A stretch of 63,778 nt of DNA, counting the filler, from Octopus bimaculoides (taxonomy: Eukaryota), in the NCBI RefSeq assembly GCF_001194135.2. It is 4 parts of 4 records of this genome, joined end to end, with 100 filler letters (N's around TTAATTAATTAA, not from the genome) between each part and the next. Parts side by side here need not be neighbours in the genome. Positions count along the whole stretch, not along the records: positions 24,515 to 55,808 come from NC_068983.1; 3 more parts are not named here. One strand, written 5' to 3'. The notes under the pieces were generated by a model that saw nothing but the letters and a program-made list of their open reading frames with translations, ran no database searches and had not been told where the DNA came from. This document shows positions 25,956 to 38,760 of the stretch, one piece after another; within the stretch, counting starts at the first letter, position 1, and each line of letters begins with the position of its first letter. Made by a program: the position numbers and the translations under genes.

Positions 25956-26118
25956 CGAGCTGGTAGAATCGTTCGAACGCTGGGCAATATGCTTAGCAGT
26001 ATTTCTCCCGTTGATACGTTCTGAGATGAAATTCCGCCGAGGTCGACTTTACCTTTCATCCTTTCGGGGTCGATGAAGTAAGTGCCAGTTACGCACGCAA
26101 TGGGATCGACATTTCAGT
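25955..26118 (+). mobile_element. SINE family B between Dong copies 2 and 3
   Basis: ggcgagctggtagaatcgtt...gttctgag.t.aaattccgccgaggtcgacttt.cctttcatcctttcggggtcgat. Confidence 0.88.
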
Positions 26119-26124
26119 AATTCT

Positions 26125-27450
26125 AATCGTGAAAGAAAAATACGTAAAACGTTGGCAATGCATAGAATGCACCATCCTAAGGTAGATATAGAACGATATT
26201 ACCTGTCAAGAAATGTGGGTGGCTGTGGACTTTTACAACTGGAATTAACAATGAAGATTGCCACAATTGGCCTAGACACCTATCTGAAAAACTCTGATGA
26301 CTGGATGTTAAAACTTGTCTTAAAGCATGAAAACAAGAAGGCATCATACCCAGTAACAAAACAGACAAAGGAATATCTAAGTGAATTCCAAATACAACAA
26401 ATCCCAGAATTAGACGTACTAGAAACAAGCACAGAAAAAGCTAAGCGTATGAAAACCCGTGATAAAACTGCTTCCTTAGATATTCTGACTGATAAATGAC
26501 AAGACAAACCTCGCAATCGCAAATACTCAAAGAGAATTAATAGTGCCGATGTTGACAAAGCACTTACCCATCAGAGGGTAGTGTTTTCTGGCTTAAAATC
26601 AGAAATAGAAGGGTTTCTCATAGCAGCCCATGATTAATGCTTACCTACAAGAAACTACCAGGCAAATATATTAAAGAACGGCAGTAGCTAAACACGTCGT
26701 ATATGTAAACAACAAGATGAAACTATTGATCATATTGTCTCCATGTGCAGTCTTCTTGCGCCTACAGAGTATCTCAACTGGCATGATAGAGCAGCACAGT
26801 ATATTCACTGGGTAGTTTCCAAAAAACCTGAACCTGTCACATAATAAAAACCGGTGGGAAAACAAACCACTTCCAGCGCTTGAAAATGATCACATCTCAC
26901 TCCTCTGGAACTTCACCGTTCAAACTGACAGAAAGATAAATGCGAATTGGCCAGACATTGTATTGAAAGACTTCAGACAAAAATCATGCCTCCTCATTGA
27001 TATGACTGTCCCAATCGACATAAACGTATCTGTCAAGACCGACCACAAACTGAGCAAGTATAAGGATATTGAAATAGAAATTGGCAAAATGCGGAACCTC
27101 AAGAATGAAACAATACCTGTTGTCATAGGTGTCCTAGGAATGATAGCAAAAAGGGCTGATTGCGACCTTGCTCACATACTAGGAAACTCCAAAACGGCCG
27201 AAATTCAAAAGATAGTGCTCATGAGAACTGCCCATATCTTGCGTAAAATACTGTCTATGTAAACTGAAATTTTAAATCAAACTCATAATTTTCTTGTTTT
27301 CTTAAACATTCTCTAGAACAATACTATGTGCAAAACCAAATATATGACACCCTAGGCATAACACCAACATGAACTTCGAACTTGTTGTCTCTTGAGGTCT
27401 CTGGGTGAGACTTGGAGTCAACTTGTACAAATGCAAAGCAAAAGTCAAAC

Positions 27451-27488
<38 letters not shown>

Positions 27489-27490
27489 TA
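26125..27490 (+). mobile_element. R4/Dong-like non-LTR retrotransposon, 5'-truncated (copy 3)
   Basis: MHHPKVDIERYYLSRNVGGCGLLQLE, SGLKSEIEGFLIAAH, RRICKQQDETIDHIVSMC (first Cys lost), WHDRAAQYIHW, NWPDIVL..LIDMTVP, KYKDIEIEI, TAHILRKILSM-stop, 3'UTR then (TAA)n at 27456-27485. Confidence 0.92.
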
Positions 27491-27534
27491 CAATTATTTT
27501 CATATACTAGCAATCGATTAGAGTGTCGGGCAAC

Positions 27535-28395
27535 AAGTCACCTTAGATGCCAACAAGCCTCTTAAGTATCCTAGCTGTCCCTAATAACACTGTTTTCTGC
27601 AGCTGTACTAAACTGGGTCTTATGCTTAGTTCCTCTATCCATCTGTTAAAATCTTTAGGGATATTTCCTAATGCGCCTATAACTACTGGGGTACGTTTTA
27701 CCCGCACTTTCCATAGTCTCTGTAATTCATTGTCTAGATCCTGGTACTGTGCTATTTTTACTACACCTTCATACGGATGTTTTCATCATTTGTACCTGTA
27801 AATTCAAATTATCTGGCACTTTCTATTCTCTTTGACTACTGCTACCAAATCAGGCCTTCTAGCTTCTATTACTCTGTCAGACTGAATGTTAAAAAACCCA
27901 CAGCATCTTGAATTTCTTACTTTCTAGTACTTTACTAGTTTCATGTTCATATCATTTATCAGTATGTTCAAATCCTAACTTTTTACATAATTCCTAGTGG
28001 AGTACTCCCCCTAGATTGTCATGTTTATTTTGGTATTCTTTCTGCACCAGCATGCTACATTCACTCACTATATGAGTAACACTTTCATCCTTTGATTTGC
28101 ATAATCTACATAAGGATTCTACTTGGTTTTTCTCTATCTTGGCTTCTATCCAATTAGTCCTTAATACTTGATATTATGCAGCTGCTAACAAACTTTCTGT
28201 TTCCCTTTTCAGCGTTCCTTTCTGCAACCGTAACTATGTCTCACTACTACTATTTGGGGATCTACCATGCAACGTCTCCACCTGCCAGTAAGATAATTTC
28301 TGTTCTTTTTTTCTGGTTTTTAACATCGTGTGGGTTTTCGGTTTTCCTTTGTCTTGCAGTGACTCTAACAGCTTTTAATAAACTTTCTTCACTAT
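27535..28395 (-). mobile_element. R4/Dong-like non-LTR retrotransposon fragment (copy 4)
   Basis: QVLRTNWIEAKIEK...CRLCKSKDESVTHIVSEC, KHDNLG, IEARRPDLVAV, YQDLDNELQRLW, PVVIGALG, QKTVLLGTARILKRL. Confidence 0.88.
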
Positions 28396-29270
28396 TACCT
28401 ACATAGGAATATATGTGTGAATGTATGTATGTATGTATGTATGTATGTAAGGTATGTATACCTGCGTATACAGGGAGTGATAATACATACAGAAGAACGT
28501 ATACATGGGTGTGCATATGTACATATACATATGAGTGCGAGTTGTATATGTACATATTGATATGTATAAACATCTGTATAAATATATATATGCACGTATA
28601 ATATATACATATGTATACATCTTCACGTATATATATTTTCTTCTACTACTAAGCACTGACCCGTCCGACCACCTAATCTATATTCCTAAATTCTTCATTC
28701 CATACTTCTACCCCTCTCTCCGCCCCATCACTTAGACTCTCTCACTACATAACTGACACTCCTTTACTTTTTATACTTCTCTCTCTCTCTCTATCACCCC
28801 CGTTCCTTCTATCTTTTTACACTCTAATACCTTTCTCTCTCGATCGCCCTCATCTCCCCATTCCTATTTTCAAATCATCTTCAATGACCCCTAATTGGTA
28901 TACTTTCTCTTATTATCTCTCCCCATGTTTTTCCTTTTTCTTTGTTTTCTATATTCCTCTCTTCCTGTTTTTTCTTATTCTTTCTTTCTTCTCTTTTATT
29001 CTCTTTTCTTTATTCCTCTCTTCCTGTTTTCGATTTGACCTTACAAATACATCCCTACTTTTAGGTCACTTTAAATAAAACCCTTCATTCAATAGCACTG
29101 TGTACAAACTCGCCCCCCCCCCTCGTTTTTGTTCAGAAAAAAAGAGTTTTGTTTCGAACTATTTAATTGATAGGTTTTATTGATATTCTTTTTAATAGGT
29201 TTGGGTGCTGGACATATGTGCGTTTCTCTATATGTGCATATGTGTATATGTATGCATGAATATATAATTC

Positions 29271-29501
29271 TGTGCACATATGTGTCTGTGTGCACATATG
29301 TGTCTGTGTGCACATATGTGTCTGTGTGCACATATGTGTCTGTGTGCACATATGTGTCTGTGTGCACATATGTGTCTGTGTGCACATATGTGTCTGTGTG
29401 CACATATGTGTCTGTGTGCACATATGTGTCTGTGTGCACATATGTGTCTGTGTGCACATATGTGTCTGTGTGCACATATGTGTCTGTGTGCACATATGTG
29501 T
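29271..29501. repeat. 18-bp minisatellite (tgtgcacatatgtgtctg) x12.8, perfect
   Basis: 12 identical units plus 15 nt read directly. Confidence 0.97.
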
Positions 29502-29954
29502 ATAGTTATGCGTCTGTGCAGCTGCATACAACATGAACTCCCACATGTACAATCATTATTTTTTAATGGCATTAATTTCAAACATTACTTAAAAGTATTA
29601 CTTTAGAACGTTATTTACACGGCAAAACAATTTCATGATTTCAGTTTTGTTTGGAGCTTAAGTCGTTTATAGTAATATTAGCACCAGAGCCAGAAATTAA
29701 AGCAAAAGCCTGAACTTGAAGCTGCCATTTTTACGAGTGTCATTCACAAATGTGTTTCAAACAAAAGAACCCTAGGATAAGGTTTTTTTTTTGTCATCTT
29801 TCAAAAATAGTCAAAAAGTGATCATTTCATATAAAAAAAAAAGCAGCTTCAGATAAGAGTCTAATGAACGGAAGCAAGTAACGGTGCGGATTAGAGATTG
29901 GAGCTCTTCACTTTTATTGAAGAATACGTTTGTACAGTTCTATATTTGAGAGAT

Positions 29955-30161
29955 GAGGAATTACGTACATTATTTACATTTGATGGATATTTGTCTTCAT
30001 CGTTGTTTCTTGGGAGAATTTCGAAGCTGGGAATAAGAACCCAGGTTCGAAATTCCCTCTGGACACATAATGAAGACTGAAGAGTACATCAACCGAAACA
30101 GTGTGTTAACAATAAACAAAATGAAGACAAATATCCGTCAAATGTAAATAATTTACATAAT
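29955..30161. mobile_element. Foldback structure, probably a Penelope-like terminal repeat in inverted tandem
   Basis: 29955-30008 is the reverse complement of 30113-30161, and 30012-30031 is the reverse complement of 30040-30059. The right arm additionally carries a decayed hammerhead-like segment (30062-30105). Confidence 0.55.
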
Positions 30162-30745
30162 GAATACGCTTGTATTGAGTCCTGTAAATTATCGGCTTGT
30201 GGTGAATCAACACACACACACAGGCACACACATATACATACATCGTCTTTTGATCATATGTCCGAAAAAGAAGCACACTCTAAGAGCTAGGGCGGTAATG
30301 TATTTCCATGCATTTAAATATATGTTCGGTCATAGAGCGACCATTAGTTTCGCATCCATAAAGCGCTTAGCTTTGTGGACGACCCGTCATAGTCTAAAGG
30401 TGGAGGACAAATAACCTCTCTTCAGAATGGAGGTAGTAAAACCTTACGGTCAGTTAATTCGCAAGCAAAAAATAATATACACTTTTTGAATTTGAAACAG
30501 GACGAGTTATCTTACTTAAACAGCTCCGGTTGGCAAATGTTATGGACCCAAGGAGATCTGAAGGCTGCTCTTTAGGTCCATAACATTTACCAACATAATA
30601 TAGAGGTCTCCATAGCTACTGATACTAATTTAGTCAGATATGGGTTGTAATTTCGTGGTGGTGCAGGGGGTTAGAGCAACGACAGGTTTCATCAGAGCGG
30701 CATTCGAATCCTGCTGATGATGTTACGCGCGCGCGCACGCACACA

Positions 30746-30828
<83 letters not shown>

Positions 30829-33800
30829 TCATATGTATATGTGTGTGCCTATGCCCATATCTCCCAACTTGTCGAGGACTAAATACGAAATTCAAATATT
30901 CTAACATTTAATGCTATTATAGAATACCCCAAATATATTCGATTTCTATTCTTTCAACAGCTTCTATGGTCGCATGGACGTTTATGTTGTAATTCACCGC
31001 AGTTTCTGCAAATGTACATACGTACAGTATTCTCTCCGATTAATATTCATAGATAAGAACTCATGTACATTCAGCATTTATCATGACCCATTCTTCGCTC
31101 TCAAACTTGTACTTTAGCATAAATGCTATTGGTATATTGAAGTAAATACATACAAACTCAAGTGGTCAATTTAAATGCTGAATGCTTGTTAGTCACTCGT
31201 ATCTCAATGATGGTACTTCACTTCTAGATTCATATTTGCATGAAACATTTATTTACAAAAATCAATAGACAACACCAATAACATTAATAGTATTTACTGA
31301 GATCTGCTTTTCAGATATTTCTGCAACAAAAAGCGATCGACGAAAACTTTTCTTTACCGCGGCCAATTGATTTCCTCATTGTAATGTTATTGGAATAATT
31401 ACTGTTGTATTTACTATTGATGTTACCCTTCTTATCATATTAGAAGAGTAAACAAATAATTTTTGTAGGGAGAATTGTTGTGAGATTAATTGCTTGTCTA
31501 ACCAGGCATTGAAATGGTAAATTATGGCTTTTGTAATTGCACGTATGATATTATTGGCTGACATTTATTTGAATACAAATCAGATACCTTGAATAAAAAT
31601 TTTACAATAATCGTTTATACTCAATCGTAGGAGGATGATATTTGGAGCAAAATAGGCGAGATGTAAATATTACTATACACAATTGTTTAATGTAGATGAA
31701 CTGTGCTAACATTTTCTATCGGGGTTTAGAATGTGAGGACCTAATGTAAGTAAATCATGTTTAAACATGCGCGAGAGTTTGTGTGTGTTAACATAATAAC
31801 TGTAGTGCTAGGGTGTCTGAGCAGAAACGTTGGTAATCCGCTGATGAATGTCATATAGTATGAAGATTTCCATAGAAAAATAATTTAAAAATGTGATTAC
31901 TTTTAATACATCATTCAAATTATATTACCACTTATTAGATTGACTCTACCCCCAGTAGTATCCTTCAAAGGAATAAATATGTAGATTTGAGAATATAAAT
32001 TTTGGAATTAAATACAAAGAACATTGATCAACATTAACATTATTCAGAATTGGTTGACTACGACAGAACCCCCCCCCCCCCCGAAATATCTATATCACAA
32101 GTAAGACCGATTCCAATGTGGGGTGTTAACCGAATTCCCTCGGAGTAAATGTAAACAAAACAAGTACGAAGCGATTCATATTTCATACTTCCTAGACTAT
32201 TCTCTGTATTATTACATTACTTTTACGCACACGTCATCCGACTGTGACAAAGACAACACACGAGGCTAACATTATCTTCATCAAAAGAGACATTAGAATC
32301 GTATTAGCCTGGTTTAATTCAATATTACAAACACACAACTTTCTTTGTCCTGAGTATCTTTACTCCCCCTGATCTTACAATCACAAAAGACCTTACACCC
32401 GCCCATTGTATGATGCTCCTTTATTATTCAGCAATCTACAATATTATCAGAATTATTACTCAACCCGGAATATTGTTGTCTTTTTTTACTGTTTTTGCTG
32501 GGAGTTTGTTCAGTAAATAACTACTTTCGTTAAAGGTAAGTTGCGACAGTGCTAGGTTTTATAATCATGTGTTATGGCAGGCAGATCATTGCTGCTAATT
32601 TCCCGATTTTAAACTAGTCTTTCGAACATTTTCTTTCCTAACCCCATCATTAGTTCTATGTTGTGTACATGGAACTCTGATATTTTTTTTATAACTCCAA
32701 TAATTTTTCGCTAGTATTCTTTTGGCTATCTTTTCTTGTTTTAATATATTTCTCTACTACTTTTTCCTGGCATCTTTCTATCCCGTTTTTAGTTAACCAT
32801 ATAGACTTTCATACATTTTCCACTTTATAAAAGAAATATTTTTTTCTCTTTTAGTACTTCTAAATCTACCGTTATTATGAGATTAGCGTATTGAAGTTTG
32901 AATATGTTGCTAGATCCTCCATTATTAAGAGATTATGCTATAGATCTTTAAATTCAGTTTCCCTAAAGACAGTCTGGTTGAGCTAGCTTTCTTATTTAAC
33001 CTTTTTAATGTTTAATGTTTAGATTGTTGAATAAAGCTACTTTTCCCATACAATTCTTCGATGTTATTAATAGCTCCTCATATCAATTCTATAAACGGTT
33101 CGTGGTTATTTTACCTCACATTCACTCTTCTTTTCTTGTATAACATAATCGTTGAGTTCACGGAAAATACAAAGTGGCTGGTCACATGTTATGACAGCCA
33201 GCTTATTGGTACTCAAGAACAGAATTGAGTGGAAAAGTAGCCAAATGATAGAGAAGACAGGGAAGACTTCGTGTAGCAAGGATTTGAACCTTTGAGGAAG
33301 AACCCGAAACTGTCGACAGAGTGGGGAAAAACATAGAACCTCTCCCATTTCATAGTAAAGACGGTAGGAGAACCGACACCTGATAGGCAAACGTGCTCAG
33401 CATGGACAGGTTGATCTAATACCATTTTTTAGCACTTTACAAAGTAATGATTATATAAACACTCTGATTCCATTTTATTTTCAACCTTACTTTATTGAGA
33501 GTCTTTGATGCAGTTTTGAGATTTTCCTCCAACAAATATCTAGAGGTAATATATATACTAATATTTAAAAGAAAAACAAACAAAAAAAAACATTGCTTTT
33601 GTTATTTCCCAATAAACTTGGCATTCTAATTCTTAATAATAAATCTGATTTCAGATTTTGATAGCTATGTCCTTTGGTGAAATAAAAAATAATTGGATGG
33701 GTGTGGGGGAACATTGTTTATTTACCATAGAGGGATATTGTGTTCTCGTACTGTTAACACAGGTTATCATTTTCCCAAGATACATTTCCAGTATTTTTTA

Positions 33801-35011
33801 TATCTTTTGTTTTGCCAAAGCTTAACGAGAATCCCAGAGAAGTGGAGCGTTTCAATTGTCTCAACATAACCGATTTATCGATTAATCGTTTTCTAAATTA
33901 TTAGATGTAATGAGGCAGATGCAGTTATACACATACATACGGTTCAGTATAATTATTCAGGACGTATGAATGCAATTCTGTGCGACATTGTAAGTCGAGA
34001 GTGTTTAGAAAGGATGTGGGTCTATTATACAGCCTTGGCTCACTGAAGTAGTTTCTTTGCATTTTCCAACGAATTTAAACAGTGAAGAATAATCCATTTT
34101 CAGAGCGGTTCTGTGATAGCGTTGTATTCGGAAAGAACACGAGCATATTAGGAGAATGATGTTTGGAATTATATTTCGGGTCGGTCACTTTTTCTTTTGG
34201 TTTTTGAAAAATCAATACATGCACTGTATATTCGTGCTTCATTTTGAATGTATTATTGCTCTTATTTCATTTCGGAGAAAATGCGCGATAAAATGGAAGA
34301 AGGAATACTAATTTGTAAAAGCTCGATGCTAGTTTTCACTCAAACCAGCGTTATACTTATAAACGATTAAGAGGCATTTTTAGAAGTAGTGGATTTCTTA
34401 AAGCAGTCAATTCTTGTGTTGTTTACATAATTGCTGCAATTGTTGATGTTATTTTAAATATTAGCCTCTTGTTAATTGTAGACAATTTGCATGTTTTAGA
34501 AACATCGTCTTCTCCGTTTGCTAACAAAATAATCAGTCTAATACTTTGCTTAGTGTCAGATGCGAATCAAAAATGTATTCTTCTTGTATCTAAAACTTGT
34601 GCCTGTCAATTGACGTTTCCTAAGATCTACATTCACCGTATCATGTTTACACTCAGCCGTGTGGCTACATTGGCGTTAATGTTGGCCTATGTTCTGCTTG
34701 GGCTACAATTTTATAAAGTAGTGGTTAATAGAAAAATGTTTATCTGTTTATCTATCTGGGTTAGGATATTTTTTCACAGCATGTCTTTTGCTCGACAGTC
34801 TTCTGTACATTTTCCGAGATAATATCTTTCATGAGATGAAAGATATTATCGGCAGCCACAAGGCTAGATTATAAGCCTGAAACGAACACGTATGCTGATA
34901 ACTCACATACCAAAGAAGATGAGACTATCTTGCGCAGACAAAAACTACCTGAATCTACTCACCTTGAAGTTGGCTTCCTCAAAGCTTACGTTTTCTTTTA
35001 TTCTTTTCTTT

Positions 35012-35416
35012 GCTTTAGTTATTTGATTGCAGCCATGCTGGAGCACCGCCTTTAGTCGACCAAATCGACCACAGGACTTATTTTTTGTAAGCCTAGTACT
35101 TATTCTATGGGTATCTTTTACCGAACCGCTAAGTTACGGGGTCGCAAACACACCAACATCTGTTGTCAAGCGGTGGTGGGAGACAAACACAGACACACAC
35201 GAATATATACATACATNNNNNNNNNNTATATATATATATATATATATATATATGACGGGCTCCTTTCCGCTTCTGTCTACCAAATCTACTCACAAGGCTT
35301 TGGTCGGCCCGAGGCTATAGTAGAAGACACTTGCCCAAGATACCACGCAGTGGGAATGATCCTGGAACCATGTGGCTGGGAAGCAAGCTTCTTACCAGGC
35401 AGCCACACCTGCGCCT
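35012..35416 (-). mobile_element. tRNA-derived SINE family A, full-length
   Basis: Reverse strand reads ggcgcaggtgtggctgcctggtaagaagcttgcttccca...ccactgcgtggtatcttgggcaagtgtcttctactatagcctcgggccgaccaaagccttgtgagt...aaaggcggtgctccagcatggctgcaatcaaat. Confidence 0.9.
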
Positions 35417-35804
35417 ATATATTCAAAATATTTTTGAATTGAATGGTAAATTCCTTCTCTATTGAGAATATGGTCAGCGTGTTTATTTGTGTGAATATAT
35501 TCAGAAAGCACAATAAACAGGAACAATCATTATTAATTTATCTATGCCTTCCAGGGGCTGAAGATATTATTTGGCGACAAACAACTGACGTAGTGTCTGC
35601 AACTGATGTGTAGTCATTCAGAAATACGTGGTTTACACCCATATGACGTCATGCAGAGCGCAGCCGTCTCTGTTTCTAAATACGTAGTGTATAAAAAGAA
35701 TGTCTTCTGTGAGTTAGCCTAGTGAAAACTTCTTACGCATGTTTATCGAGGCTGGCGTATAATATGACGAAATGCATCTTTTATCTGTATATCTAAATCC
35801 ATAT

Positions 35805-36357
35805 CAATAATAAATCTCTGAGCGAGGTATAAACAGTAGCAGCACGACATCGTGAAGTATATTTTCCACCTAAATGTGGCTAACCCTTAAGGGTTGATAC
35901 TACTGTAGCTTGTAGCTGCAGGAAAACATCTCCTCCAACTGGCTATTGATACACTACCTATTCCCTATCAGTATTTGCAAAGAGAAGTCATCATTCCCTT
36001 CTCCAGCCTGACGTGATTCACACAGACCCGAGTTTCTGGGTATTAAACTGTCATCAGTGGTTGGCGATGGGAAGTGGTTCTCAATGTAAAGATATATACT
36101 TTTTCCAGTGATGAAAAGCCACTGATCTTGAAACAATGGAGACAAGCAATAATAAATCTCTGAGCGAGGTATAAACAGTAGCTGCATGACATCGTGAAGT
36201 ATATTTACCACCTAAATGTGGCTATACCTTAACGGTAGATGCTACTGTAGCTTGTGGCCCCAGGAAGACATCTCCTCCAGCTGGTTACTGACACACTATC
36301 TGTGCCCTATCAGTATTTGCGAAAGGAAGCCATCATTCCCATCTCCAGCCTCACGTT
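35805..36357. repeat. Direct duplication of ~210 bp (35805-36015 and 36147-36357; offset 342 bp)
   Basis: Both copies run from aataaatctctgagcgaggtataaacagtagc to catcattccc.tctccagcct..cgt; roughly 80-85% identical by eye. Confidence 0.9.
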
Positions 36358-37420
36358 TCTATTTATGACTGTCTATATCTATTTAACAATTTGTGGAGAG
36401 AAATAGGTGACAGGTAGATACATAGATACATAATTAGACTGATCGATCGATCGATATTTGCTATGCGAACATTATTGACACCAGTAACCTATGAGAACAG
36501 GGCAAGTTCAAGATCTGTAAATACGGCAGGATTTCAAGGGATTACGAGGTCGAAAGATAGCTCTCAGTGTCATTTGTTGACGTTTAGTGTCCTGCAGAGA
36601 GGTCTTTGTATATTTTGTGAAGTGATGCTCCTCCACAGAGATTAGGAACAACCATGGTCTCCTCATGAGGCAGCACTAGCTTATACTTATTTCATGTTTT
36701 CGTATGTCAGAATGTTAATGTGTATCGTAATAATTCCTCATGGATCGGTAAACTAATGTGGTTCGCCAATGAATTTCAAAATGTGTTCTAAAATCTTCTT
36801 CATGCGCAGTACTGTAGCGATGTCTACAAACAAATTATAACTTGCGTTGTAATAATTATTATTCAGAAATTGTATTAATGTACAGCTTTCCATGACTTAA
36901 TAAAGTTGCATTTTGAATTAGCTTTTGAAGCTACTTTGAAATTGAAGCACTTTATCTTTATATTTTCCAAATAATATAATTTTGTTTGGAAAGATGTCAT
37001 ACTGCTGACAACTGTAAGAATAACAGGACGTCTTTACATTCATGGTGATGGTTGGGGCGGGGGAGTGAAGTTTAGGGAAAATAATAAAATATGCAGCGTT
37101 GAGAGTGTACAAATGTCATGAGAAAAAAGTTCCATGTAGAGTTTCCATTTGGCTTCCAATAACTAAATGTCATTTACAAATATTATTGATATAAGAAACA
37201 CTGGAAGAATCGACTAACAATGTAAAATATAAAGACAATTCTGAAGAATTTCAGCTTTAGCAATTACCCCATGTCAGCTAAGCAAGTGAAAATGGAAAGC
37301 TAATAAACACATGGCTCCGATATTAAGAGAAGTGTTTGTTAATCATGGACTTCTCATCTTTGAGAATCTCTTTGAGAAATTCTTCCATTGAACTTACTCA
37401 ATATGTTTAAATCACTCACA

Positions 37421-37423
37421 CAT

Positions 37424-37476
<53 letters not shown>

Positions 37477-37503
37477 TCACAACCTCTACTGCTGCTGCTG
37501 CTT

Positions 37504-37542
<39 letters not shown>

Positions 37543-37602
37543 TCACAACTGCTGCTACTGCTACTAATACTACTATCACAACCTCGGCTGCTGCTGCTGC
37601 TG

Positions 37603-37669
<67 letters not shown>

Positions 37670-37680
37670 CACTGCTACTA
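37421..37680. repeat. Compound (CTA)n/(CTG)n repeat with a recurring tatcacaac interruption
   Basis: tatcacaac occurs three times within the ctactact run. Confidence 0.9.
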
Positions 37681-38149
37681 CACAATTCCCATTGCATTTA
37701 ATAGACTCAGCATTGTATACTGAATTACTTGTTTCTTATCCAGTATCTTTAGATTATTCACTATTTTCCGACACTCGAGAACATATCGCCATGGTTACGA
37801 AGTTATTTTCCACATCCAATCCCATCGGTGCCATATTCATCCGAAGGCCACCTCTTGAATTTGAATCTTTGCTATTTTTATTGCGTAGAATTGCAATTTG
37901 ACAATATGGCTGAATAGGATTAAAAGTTTGCTTCAAAACAGCGCGGACGCAGGTTCAATACAACCTATTTATAAAACTATTTTTCTCCTTGATAACTGTT
38001 TTATAAAACGTTCGTGAACGAAATTTGGTTCCATGGAATTCTGACATTTTCTCTTTTGTCTCCCTCTTTTAATTGTGTCCATTAACATTTTCAGATGATG
38101 AACTTACTCTGCTGTGTAGAGTTTGATGCAAGTATTGAGACCAGCATCC

Positions 38150-38198
<49 letters not shown>

Positions 38199-38585
38199 AT
38201 AGTAGTAGTAGTAGTATGTATGATTTAAATATACATTTAAATATATTGCAGTTTTTTTCATCCAGGTTCAGTCGTTGTAGAAAACCCATTTTCTTTCTTC
38301 CTTCTTTGTTTTTGTAAATCAAAACTGGAAAAAAAAAATAATTAGATAAAATAAAATAAAAATAAAGTCTTCTGGAGGTAATTGCTTTGTCAGATTACGG
38401 AATGGAACCTTTTAAAATGTGTGATTCTGTTACTTTCGTCACTAGTTCATTGAAATTGATTGTGTTCTCTCTATGACTAGACCTATATTATAAGTAATGT
38501 TCTTCTTCATAACGTTTCATAAACTTATAAACAAATATTCTTCAAATCTTATTTTCAAACGTAAACACAAGTATATTTCAATATT

Positions 38586-38760
38586 TTTGCACATTTACAA
38601 ATGGAATTAAACCACGTTTCGTGGTTTGCTACCTCAACAACTTTATAGGATCCAGTTGCTAAAGACATCATCAGGAGGAATCACGTCCTCTACCGTTTTT
38701 GATGTGGTGAGGCCCCCACTTTTGTAGGTGTCTTCAGCTCTGGTGTTGAGTACGTTTCTT
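38586..38760. repeat. Dispersed repeat, copy 1 of 2 (other at 44916-45095)
   Basis: First ~100 nt differ at only 2 positions between the copies; the remainder diverges with indels. Confidence 0.9.

Noticed and set aside
29089-29606. Hexapeptide-repeat ORFs (HTDTYV, CAHRHI and others) in several frames
   Set aside because: The 18-bp unit has no stop in any frame, so all six frames are open by construction.
34469-34822. 117-aa ORF in non-repetitive sequence
   Set aside because: Starts at TTG, no recognisable domain, no splice signals; length is compatible with chance.
35643-35652. Perfect CRE palindromes ATGACGTCAT (also 55495-55504)
   Set aside because: About one TGACGTCA is expected by chance in a window this size, one copy lies in a SINE, and no promoter context is evident.
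35882-35895. aacccttaagggtt palindrome as a piggyBac-like footprint
   Set aside because: The duplicate copy at about 36225 has a same-length diverged version, so it is not an insertion or excision scar.
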